Assembly (NCBI GenBank): GCA_964658305.1
Contig: OZ210885.1
Span: 13,950,001 to 14,014,000, forward strand
DNA from: Leptogorgia sarmentosa
Lineage: Eukaryota
Direction of reading: 5' to 3'
DNA: 64,000 nucleotides
In this document: piece by piece, positions 1-9,507 of the stretch
Position numbering within the stretch: position 1 is the stretch's first letter
How the letters are laid out: the number at the start of each line of letters is the position of its first letter
Translations under genes and position numbers: made by a program
Notes under the pieces: model-generated
The model's database searches: none
What the model was told of the DNA's origin: nothing
The model's input: only the letters and a program-made list of their open reading frames with translations

Positions 1-2687
1 AATAGTAGCCAAATTAACGTCAATTCAGGCACAGAGTTGCGAAGGGGAGCTCTCGTTAGAGGAATGTAAGAAGGCACTAGACGGTATGGCACCTTCAAAA
101 TCGCCAGGAATTGATGGCTTTCCAGCTGAATTTTACCAGCGTTTTTGGCCACTCATTGGACACGACTACGTTCAGGTCATGAACGGCTGTTACCAGGCCG
201 GCATGCTGTCTGCCTCTCAGAGACAAGGCGTAATCACTCTACTGTATAAACGTGGTGATAGACTGGAAATGAAAAATTGGCGCCCTATTACACTACTGTG
301 TGTAGATTACAAAATCGCTGCAAAGGCAATTGCCAATCGTCTTTTGAGGGTATTAGACACGCTGGTCCACACAGATCAGACGTGCGGCATTCCAGGTCGG
401 AGCCCGGTTGTCAACAATCGCCTGCTTTGTGACATTGTACAGGATGTCAACAAGAGGAAAGTAGGGGGGGCGATCCTCTCATTAGACCAAGAAAAAGCTT
501 TCGACCGGGTCGAGTGGTCATATCTCCAGCGGGTGCTGGAAAGCATGCAGTTTGGCGTATCCTTTAGGGGTTGGATACAGCTCTTTTATAATCATATTTT
601 CTCCTGTGTTCTGGTTAACGGAACACCATCTAACTTTTTTTCTGTGAGTCGAGGAGTGCGTCAAGGCTGTCCTCTGTCGCCTTTATTGTATGTTTTAATG
701 GCAGAAACATTGGCATGTGCAATTCGAGCGCACCCATCGATAGACGGGATTCCCTTACCCCGAACTCGGAGAGCGAAGATCTGCCAGTATGCTGACGATA
801 CGTCCATCATAGTGATGTCTGACGCTGCCTTAACGGCGGTATTTTCAGTGTTTGCACGATATGAAAAGGCCTCAGGGGCGAAATTGAATGTTGCAAAGTC
901 ACACGGCTTGCTCATGGGAACATGGATTGACCGCACCAACTTACCTGTTGCCCTTGATTGGTCATCAACCAGTATCACCATCATGGGATCAACAATTTCG
1001 AACCAGTCGGAGGAGAAAGACTGGGAGGCGAGAGTTTGCAAACTCACAGAGCTGCTTGCCTCATGGCAGAATAGGCAACTTTCTTTTCATGGGAGGGCTC
1101 TCGTGGTCAATATGCTCGGGCTCAGCAAATTCTGGTACCATGCGTCGTTTTTGTGTTTGCCAGACCAAGTGGCGACTGACATAGAGAAGCTTGTGTTTCC
1201 CTACGTGTGGAGGAAGAAGAGAGAAGGGATAGTTAGATCTTCGGTGAAGCAACGTTTTGGGCAGGGGGGACTGGGATTGGTAGATGTAAGGAGAAAGGCC
1301 GCCTCACTGCATGCAATGTGGATCCGTAGGCTAGTTGAAAATCCAGAGGCTATGTGGAATTTCTTTTTCTTGTATCATTTGCGCATAGCATTTACTGGGC
1401 GAAAGTTGGAAGACATCCTTCTGATGTCTTCACCCCCTCCACTGGATACTCTCCCTCCTTTCTACCAGTCGGTCATGAAAGCGTGGTTCCGTCTGGATCG
1501 TGGAAAGGTAGATGACGTAATTGTCGTGAAAACTCGCGGAGGTAGCATTCTTCCATTGACAGACTTGACTGCCAGTTTTGTTTATAGGGCTCTCTCTAGT
1601 ATAGATCGGGAAGAGCACAAATGTGTAAAGAAATTTCAAACATGGGGACTAGAAGTAGAGTGGCGGACAGTTTGGGCCAACCTCCACCTCTGGCGATTTA
1701 TCAGACCAGTGCGCGACACGGCATGGTCAGTGACGCATGGCATCTTGCCAACAGCAGACCGCTTGACTCGGTTTGGCATGTCGGTGGATCCTCTGTGCCA
1801 TTGCGGACAAGTCGAAACATTGATTCACCTCTTTGTGGATTGTCCGGTGGCAAAACACATGCTGAGATGGTACGTCTCCCTGACACAAAGATCGGTACCT
1901 TGGGTTGGTATGCCTACACCATCACAGGTGATGGTAGGTTACAAACAAGTGGTCAAGATTCCACCAGTTTTTCCGTGCCTTCTCGGGATAATCAGGCACC
2001 GCATATGGGTAGCCAGGAATGGTTGGAGATTTGACCAGGTCCCCGTAAGAAATGAGAGAGTTCTGTCAGCCATCAAATCTACGCTGCGCTTTACGTTGCG
2101 CATGCAGAGGCGACACTGCCCAGTTGAGAGGTTCTCGGAACTATGGTTAGCTGGTGGGCTGTTTGGAGTGGTGTCTCGGGAAGGAGATGAAATAATATTT
2201 CCAGATGAGATCTGGTAGTCTTTAGATGTAATGTAGTAACGGCGGGGGGTCGCCTTTGCTGGTAGCACTGCCCACAGTTGTGTCCCATGAAGATCTGGTG
2301 GTCGCCTTCACTGGTTGTACTGCCTGTATTGGATTGGGCTGTCTGTATGTTCAATTTTTGTCCTGTGGTTTGCTCGGATTTCATTCGGGTAGGCTGCACA
2401 GGTTTTCAATGTTTTAGATCTTGGGGTCGCTGCACATGTTGCATCCGTCTAGCTCAACATCACACTCCGACCATTTCACCATCATAGGTTAGGGATCCCT
2501 GGGCGTGAAGGTGGGTAGCACCGGACCGTCCAGGCCATGCACGGTTGTTTCATGGCACGGGGGAGGGGTTCATGACCTCTGTCGATCCGCGTCACCTGTA
2601 GTGACCCCCCTGAATGCGGCGATTGCACCGGGTTCAGGCTCCATTGCACCGTCGGAGTCGAGAAGCCCGTCGTCGTACAATTCAAAA
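1..2687 (+). mobile_element. Tx1-clade non-LTR retrotransposon family A (subfamily A1), U2-inserted; 5' part outside window
   Basis: RT ORF followed by a ~470-nt 3' UTR ending ...CAATTCAAAA directly before U2 nt 22 (TAAGATCAAGTGTAGTATC); no poly(A) tail. Confidence 0.9.
2..2218 (+). CDS. ORF2 C-terminal part: reverse transcriptase plus C-terminal CCHC motif (partial, open from window edge)
   Basis: KSPGIDG, WRPITLL, SLDQEKAFDRV, GVRQGCPLSPLLY, QYADD, C-x-C...ETLIHLFVDC; frame open from position 2. Confidence 0.9.
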   Translation: MVAKLTSIQAQSCEGELSLEECKKALDGMAPSKSPGIDGFPAEFYQRFWPLIGHDYVQVMNGCYQAGMLSASQRQGVITLLYKRGDRLEMKNWRPITLLCVDYKIAAKAIANRLLRVLDTLVHTDQTCGIPGRSPVVNNRLLCDIVQDVNKRKVGGAILSLDQEKAFDRVEWSYLQRVLESMQFGVSFRGWIQLFYNHIFSCVLVNGTPSNFFSVSRGVRQGCPLSPLLYVLMAETLACAIRAHPSIDGIPLPRTRRAKICQYADDTSIIVMSDAALTAVFSVFARYEKASGAKLNVAKSHGLLMGTWIDRTNLPVALDWSSTSITIMGSTISNQSEEKDWEARVCKLTELLASWQNRQLSFHGRALVVNMLGLSKFWYHASFLCLPDQVATDIEKLVFPYVWRKKREGIVRSSVKQRFGQGGLGLVDVRRKAASLHAMWIRRLVENPEAMWNFFFLYHLRIAFTGRKLEDILLMSSPPPLDTLPPFYQSVMKAWFRLDRGKVDDVIVVKTRGGSILPLTDLTASFVYRALSSIDREEHKCVKKFQTWGLEVEWRTVWANLHLWRFIRPVRDTAWSVTHGILPTADRLTRFGMSVDPLCHCGQVETLIHLFVDCPVAKHMLRWYVSLTQRSVPWVGMPTPSQVMVGYKQVVKIPPVFPCLLGIIRHRIWVARNGWRFDQVPVRNERVLSAIKSTLRFTLRMQRRHCPVERFSELWLAGGLFGVVSREGDEIIFPDEIW

Positions 2688-2854
2688 TAAGATCAAGTGT
2701 AGTATCTGTTCTTATCAGCTTAATATCTGATATGTTAGGCAATGTCCTAACTCATATATTAAACTGATTTTTGGACCTCGGCCATGGGATTGAAGCTTGC
2801 TTCGCCCTGGCCACGGGTTGTCTCGGTATTGCACTACCTCCGAGTACGGCCCAC
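2688..2854 (+). ncRNA. U2: U2 snRNA, 3' portion (nt 22 to ~188) of an interrupted gene
   Basis: TAAGATCAAGTGTAGTATCTGTTCTTATCAGCTTAATATCTGAT, Sm site GATTTTTGG, stem-loop IV CTCGGTATTGCACTACCTCCGAG. Confidence 0.95.
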
Positions 2855-3244
2855 TACCCCCAATTTCATTATTGGGGGAAGATTTCTCACTCATTATCAG
2901 TTCAAAAAAATTCTAACAAATTATTCTTGACTTTACAGATAGCTAGATCCTCGCCGCCGCGAACCGGCATTTGGCAAGAGATACGTATATAATGACATCA
3001 TTATTCAGTGCGGATGACCGACGACGAACGAATTATGGTAAGCAGTCTAACACATTCATGTTATAATAGTCTTGGGTAGCTACTCGTTGGCCAACAAAGC
3101 TTAAGCAGCATCGCTGTTCGTGAGATTTACATACTTTGACTTTTTTTGTTAATTCGTATTGAATATGCGGGTCGAGAATTGTCGGAACGTGCAAACACGG
3201 TGCAGTCCGAGAGATCGATCGATCCATCTATCCACAGACAAACT

Positions 3245-3320
3245 CATCCCCATGCATTCGTTCCACAAGCATTCCTCGCGGTTGAAGCGTATAAAAGGTA
3301 ATCGTATGCGCCATGAAGTC
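3245..3320 (+). promoter_or_regulatory. Putative U1 snRNA proximal promoter (candidate PSE TCCACAAGCATTCCTCGC at about -59)
   Basis: Similar sequence recurs upstream of the other U1 starts; resembles TCACCATGCTTTTCTCGC at about -49 of U2. PSE assignment is inference. Confidence 0.4.
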
Positions 3321-3337
3321 ATACTTACCTGACGCGA
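3321..3337 (+). ncRNA. U1: U1 snRNA 5' fragment (nt 1-17)
   Basis: ATACTTACCTGACGCGA, containing the universal U1 5' splice-site-binding sequence ATACTTACCTG. Confidence 0.9.
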
Positions 3338-3965
3338 CCGTCTTTCTCGTGTCAGGTTCTTCACCCTTGCAGTAGAGGATCTATGCTCAGGAACACGGAC
3401 CTGTAACTCTGCTCGCAAGGTTTACAACTAGCTGCAGTTCTTTTTGCAGACACGCCTTCTTCTTTGTTCTGTCTTCCCGCTGTCTGGCCGGCCTACTAGG
3501 TGTCAAGGTAGCAGTTAGTCCATTCTTTTTTCTTTTGGACTGCTTTTCTTGTTCTTCGGAACTCGATTGGTAGTCCTTCCTGCTGTTTGTTGCGCGGTTA
3601 GCACGCGACACAGCATAGGGCCGCCCATTACAGTGTTTTTTATTGTTTTTATTAGGTAGTGGGTAATAGCTCTTCTTGTGTGTGACCTGTCGAGGAGTCT
3701 GTTTGGGGACTACTCAAAGGTCGGTGGTCTATTTAGGTTCTTTTTTTGCATTCGGTGTTGCGGATTGCGGTCGGTGGGCCAACACATCCGTTCCCTGCCT
3801 CTTCTTCTTTAAAAAGGACCTTTCTTTCCACTTAGTTTTTTTTTATGTGTGGGTCTTAATTTGTGTTACTTTTCAAGACTCAATTTTCTTTGCCACTCGG
3901 GTTTTACCTGTTTTGGCATTTTGTTTAGGATCAATTTGCTTTAGTTAATCATAATTTATAATAGT

Positions 3966-5703
3966 ATGTCTGCCCCAGCCGTGTTTAGTCAAGAGGACTT
4001 TGCGAAGTGGAACCAGACCACGTCTGTGTTTCTCTTGCCAAAGAAACTGGTTGGCAAATCCAAAGTCCCTCAGCTACGGGGAGAATTAGTTAAGGCCATT
4101 GGGGAGAAGAGTGTGTCTTGTGTTCAGGCCTTGCCTGGCATGAAATTTCGTGTGTGTTTTTCTTCTCCCTCCGTTCGAAGTCAGTTTGACATCAACGGTC
4201 TTAACTTTCGGGGCCTTACCATCACGCCCTTCCCGGCCTATGAGGAGGTCAAATCCGTTTTTGTGGATCGTGCACCTCCCCAGATGCCGGATCAATACAT
4301 CTACGACGCCCTGGGACCATACGGTCGTGTGATCGCGGTGAAGCACTTAACCATTAAGGGCTTCCCGTCTGTTAAATCTGGCACACGTATGGTGCAAATC
4401 GTCATCTCGAAGGCCATCCCAGCTGAAATTCGCGTGGTTGGATTTCAGCTGTCGTTCCGTTACCGCGGGCAGCCTCCAACTTGCTTTGCGTGCCAAGAGG
4501 TGGGGCACACTGCAAAGGCCTGCCCAAAGTCATCAAAACGGCATGGCCGTCCTCATCGAAATAGTGCTGGTAAACCACAGCCTACAGAGGCAGAGGATCG
4601 TAACAACCTGCCGGCTTCGTCCGGCCTTTCTGAATCGTCCTCTGGCTCTCGCACTGGAGACCTTCGCGAGAAATTAACTCCGAAGGCCACTAACTCGGCA
4701 GTGCCCAAGGCTACCCAGCAAGTCTAAACCTACAGGGGGTTCGGCCAACAATCATAACAAACCCTCCTCTTCTTCTTCTTCTCGCAAGGGTGACCTGCGT
4801 GAGAAGTTAACGAAGAAGACTAGCAAGCCAGAACTGCCATCTGTTCCGGGTGTAGCAGCTAAGGCCAATGCTCCTCAGGCTAAGGGGGTTAATCCCCTAT
4901 TAGCTTCGGCTAAGGAGAGCACCTTCTTGCCGGCCTCGTCCGGCCCTTCTAAATCGACCTCTTCTTCTCGCCCCAGAGACCTTCGGGAGAAGCTGAGGAA
5001 GAAGGTTCCCAAGGCCACCGAGCCGTCGGATGACACCACAGTGACACCTCCGACAGCGGAGCATTTGAAGTGCAAATCCTTCGATTTTGCGCTTCCAATA
5101 CCCTACGCAAGCCCACGTCCCCTTGGCAAGTCATCATCCAAGGCACCTAAGGGTGTTAGGGCCAACTCCACCAGGGATGCTCCTTTTTCCTCTTCCTCCT
5201 CGAGTAGTGAGGATGAAGAGGGTATAGTGTCCAAGAGGGTATGCCAGTCCGCTCCTGCTCCTTCGACTCCGACCAATGTTAGCGTGTGGCCAGGGTTCAC
5301 GAGCCCTCCTAGTCTAACTGCCACTCCTGAGGTCATGGAGGCCGAGGCTGACGTGGACAAATGTTTGAGTGGTGATACGGTCGTTGATCCGATCATCGCT
5401 CAAGAATCTGCGCCTGCTCTTGACTCTATTGAGCCAGTCGGATCCCCGGAGCGTATGGAGGATGCTCCAGTGCTTCCTCAGGCTGATGTGGACGATGACG
5501 ACAATGCTGCTTCGCAGGATCCTCCTGCAGTGGATGTCTCGTCCCAACAGTCTGAGTTATCCCTTGATCTTTTCGAGGCACTGGCATCGATCCATGAAGC
5601 CTCACTGTCTAGTCTCCGCGATGATGTCAGTGAGGTTGGTGCATCTTCCACATGCACGACTTTCAGTGACGACCGTATTAAACAAACCGCCCTGGTGGAT
5701 TGA
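3966..5703 (+). pseudogene. Family B ORF1 (RRM-like region + CCHC zinc knuckle), frameshifted
   Basis: CFACQEVGHTAKAC; split into ORFs 3966-4727 and 4927-5703; homologous to intact 32031-33836. Confidence 0.85.
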
Positions 5704-5724
5704 ACGACCGCCCTGGTGGAGTAA

Positions 5725-8700
5725 ACGACCGTATTAAACGAACCGCCCTGGTGGATTGGTTAAAATGTATGAAGGTAGATGTTGCATGTTTTCAAGAAAC
5801 GCATGCTCCTTCGCACGAATCCATTAGCAAGTGGTTCGCTAATTCTGGCTATCGAGTTGTCTCGGCGTCAGTTTCTAATAAGCGTTGTGGTACGGCCATT
5901 CTTATTAAAGATTGCCACAAAGTCAAGCAGGTGATTCGAGACGATGATGGACGGTTTGTCCAAGTCTTGGTTGATTTTGGGGAAGATCAGCTGAGTTTCG
6001 TCTCATTATATGCCCCAAATAAGAATCCGGCTCGCAACGCTTTTTTCTCCTCAATTCCTGGTTTAATTGATCTTACCAGGCCCACATTTGTTTGTGGTGA
6101 TTTTAATTCTGTTCTAGACGATGATCGGGATAGGCTTCGGCGTGCTTCTTACACTGGTGCTGCCTCTTCGCGCGCCCAGGAAAGTGGCCCAGCCTTGCAG
6201 GCCCTACTATCTCATACCCAGACATATCCGGTGTGGCGTACGTTACATCCCACGCAGACGGCTTATTCCTGGACCCATGGGTCCGGAACCTTTGGCTCGC
6301 GCATCGATACGGTCTGGGCCCCGACTTGTCTGGAACAGTCTATTAGGGAATGTGAAGATCATCCCTCCTTTTTATCCGATCATCAGTACTTGCTGGTCAA
6401 GTTCGACTTTTGATCGCATCGTTAGTGGTCCTGGAGTGTCGAAGTTTAATACTTCCCTCCTGGACGACGAGAATTATTGCTCGCTTGTCACTTCTTTTCG
6501 GTCCTTCTGGCAGGCCCATTATACGCCTGAGGCCTTTCCCTCCATTTTGGATTAGTGGGACCAAGGGAAGTTCTACCTTAGAGAAGTGACACGCACTTTT
6601 TGTCGGTCAAAGGAGCTGGACCGGCGAGAACATAAATCCTTCCTGACCAAGCAGATGCACAGACTGCAGCGTCTTTTCGAAGCAGGGGATACCTCTGCAT
6701 TTGCTAAGCTTTGCGAGGTTCAGGAAGAGCTCCGCGGCATTGCTTTGCATGAAGCGAGAGGGGCACAAGTTCGTGCTCGTTGTCAGTGGGCTGAGGAGGG
6801 GGAAACTTCCTCCTCCTTTTTTCTCAATTTAGCCACTAAGCGACATGCAAAGCAAGAGATGCACTCCATTCGAGACCCCGACACCGGTTCCGTGCGCCAC
6901 GACCCTTTTGAGATCTTGGACGTCTGGCGGCGGTATTACACCGAACTCTTTACTGCGGCACCCTGCGATACACCTGCTCAGGATGAGATGCTGTCAAAGC
7001 TGTCTCGCCGCCTTAGTAAGGAGGAACGTGCGTGTTGTGAGGGTCTTCTGTCTATAGAGGAGTGTTTTACTGCCCTGTCGGGTATGGCTTGGGGAAAGAC
7101 TCCGGGTTCCGATGGCTTTCCCATGGAGTTTTTCCTCAAGTTTTGGTCATGCCTTGGCGCTGATCTGGTTCGTGTCCTCAACGTTGCTTACGAGGCCGGC
7201 CAGCTTTCCACCTCTCAGCGTCGAGGTTTGATCATTGTGCTCTATAAAAAGAATGACCGCTTGGAGACAAAGAACTGGCGGCCGATTAGTCTGCTCAATG
7301 CAGACTACAAAATAGCTACTTGCGCCATTTCGGGTCGTCTCCTAGCCGTCATTGGGTCTGTTGTAGGGCCAGATCAAACGTGCGGTGTTCCAGGCCGTAC
7401 TCAGAGAACCTCTTTCTGATCTGTGATCTAATTGAGTATGCGGAGAATGAGGACATTCCCCTCGCTCTGCTCTCTTTGGATCAAGAAAAAGCATTTGATC
7501 GGGTCGATTGGGGTTTTTTTTTACGGACTCTGGACACCATGAATTTTGGTCCGGATTTCTGCCGATGGGTAAAGTTGTTTTACTCCGACGTAGAATCGGC
7601 GGTAGTCATCAATGGCTGGACCTCCTCCTTTTTTCGCCCCTCACGGGGTATGCGGCAAGGTTGTCCGCTTTCTCCTTTATTATACGTTCTATCGATTGAG
7701 GTGTTAGCAGCTAACATCCGCTCTGCCCCAGGTATAACTGGGGTTTTCTCCCTCAATCGCTGGAACAGTTTAAATGCTCTGGGTATGCCGATGATACGAC
7801 GATTGCGCCTACCACGGATGAATCCATAGAGGCCACCTTCGAGGTGTATTCTCAGTTTGAGAAAGCCTCAGGCGCTCGTTTGAATCGTGGCAAATCTAAG
7901 GGCATGTGGCTGGGCTCCTGGAAGCACCGTACCGATACCCCTCATGGTATCCAGTGGGTTAAAGAGCTCCCATTACTAGGTGCAACTTTCAGTGCCGCTG
8001 ACTATAGTCAGCAGACCTTCGAGCCAGCCGTTTCAAAATTGGAGAAGCGTTTGTCAGACTGGTCTGGACGCAAACTGTCCTTTCAGGGCAAGGCCACAAT
8101 TATCAACACCTTGGCCTTGTCCCAGATATGGCATTTGTGTCACGTCTTCCCTGTTCCGAAGTGGGCGGTTCAGAGAATACACAAGGCAGTTTGGAAGTTC
8201 TTCTGGTCTGGCAAGCGGGATCTTGTTGCCCGCAAAGTAGTCTGCCTTCCCAAATCCAAGGGTGGATTTGGAGTCATCGATTTCCAACTCAAGGCAGACG
8301 CTTTTGCCCTTCAATGGGTAAAACGATTCTTCGCCGAAGATCGCGGCAAATGGAAGGACTTTTTTATCCATTTTGTTTCTGCCTCACTTGGTTGCGAGCC
8401 TCGTGAGGCCCTTTTATCTTCCTTTTCCCAACGTCGTTTGAGAGCCTTGCCCGAGTTCTATCGTATGTCTTCCGGGTGTGGCAATTTCTCGACGGTGGTC
8501 TTACCGGCAATGACTTGTGCATTGCTGCCTCGTCTGCCTCTCCACTACCTGTGGATAACATATCCAGTAGGAATGTATACCAAATCAGCCAAAGCAATTT
8601 GAACAGTCAGCCACATTGTATTGCCAAATTCACGCCGCAGTATGGACCTCTACACTGTCCCCAAACTTGGAGTCAGCTCCATCTATGTCCATTTGACCGG

Positions 8701-9168
8701 CTTGTGATCGATCTAAACTGGCAAATAGCGCACGGCATTCTTTACACAGGCTCTCGCTTGGGAACCCGCTTTAACATGCCGAACATCGATACGCGCTGTT
8801 TCTGTCGAGCAGATGAAGAAACTTTAGAACATCTGTTCTTCGAATGTGAGCTGGCACGCCTTTTGGTGGCTTGGGTACATTACAATTTATGGCAGATATG
8901 TCCTAATGCCGCACCATTTACCGTCACGAAACTCCTGTTCGGCTTCTCGTCCGAACGACGGCGCATCATGCCCCCAATCATTGTGTGGATGCTCCAAGTG
9001 ATGAAACATACCATCTGGGTGGCGCGCTGTGATTTCCGTTTCCGAGGTAAGCGGCCAATCGCCTCCGATTGCCAAGCGAAAGCCATCGCTAAGATCAAGT
9101 TTGTCCTTGGTCTTTTTGGTCGTAGGTGCAAGCTCCCTGCTCAAGTGCGATCTTTTGCGTGCCAGTAG
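5725..9168 (+). pseudogene. Family B ORF2 (APE endonuclease + RT), disrupted
   Basis: QETH, GDFN, SDH, DQEKAFDRV, QGCPLSP spread over several frames; homologous to 33808-37353. Confidence 0.85.
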
Positions 9169-9239
9169 CACCTTCCTCGATTTAGGGAAATCCATTGCAC
9201 GCCCCCCAGTGGGGGTGGATTTGCCTATATCCAACATAA

Positions 9240-9268
9240 ACTTACCTGACGCGAGAGGCACCTTGATC
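9240..9268 (+). pseudogene. U1: U1 snRNA nt 3-31, remainder deleted
   Basis: ACTTACCTGACGCGAGAGGCACCTTGATC then jumps to spacer GGCATCCTAG (compare 37707-37940). Confidence 0.8.
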
Positions 9269-9507
9269 GGCATCCTAGTTTATTGAAGGGACAACAATTC
9301 TATGTGCTCTTCACACTGCGGGCCGCGTGTTTCACAAACACGTGTAACTCGATACTACAACGCGGTCATTCGAAACGAACATATAACCATGCAATCAATA
9401 TTCGATTACTCACACCTTGTTGTAGGCACGTCACGTGGAATGAATGAATGAGTCAATCCATACACGCGCTGCCAACCGATCATGCATTTTATACTAGACT
9501 TATGTTA

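Larger units (their letters stand above)
3338..9239 (+). mobile_element. Tx1-clade family B (U1-inserted), copy 1, mutated
   Basis: Flanked by perfect 15-bp TSD ACTTACCTGACGCGA (3323-3337 and 9240-9254); ORF1 and ORF2 broken by frameshifts and stops. Confidence 0.92.

Noticed and set aside
2299..2325. 3' UTR motif as antisense to U2 stem-loop IV
   Set aside because: Its reverse complement loosely resembles vertebrate U2 but matches the U2 in this window poorly
2609..2640. Second ATTGCAC (2622-2628) forming a two-site U1A PIE-like element
   Set aside because: Present only in A1; deleted in A2 and changed in C, so only the terminal loop is conserved
2278..2992. Short ORFs repeated at 17864-18708 and 30618-31135
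   Set aside because: They overlap the element 3' UTR and U2; recurrence reflects repeated non-coding sequence
2920..3240. 5S rRNA, tRNA, SL or U5/U6 genes in the spacers
   Set aside because: No recognisable conserved motifs on either strand
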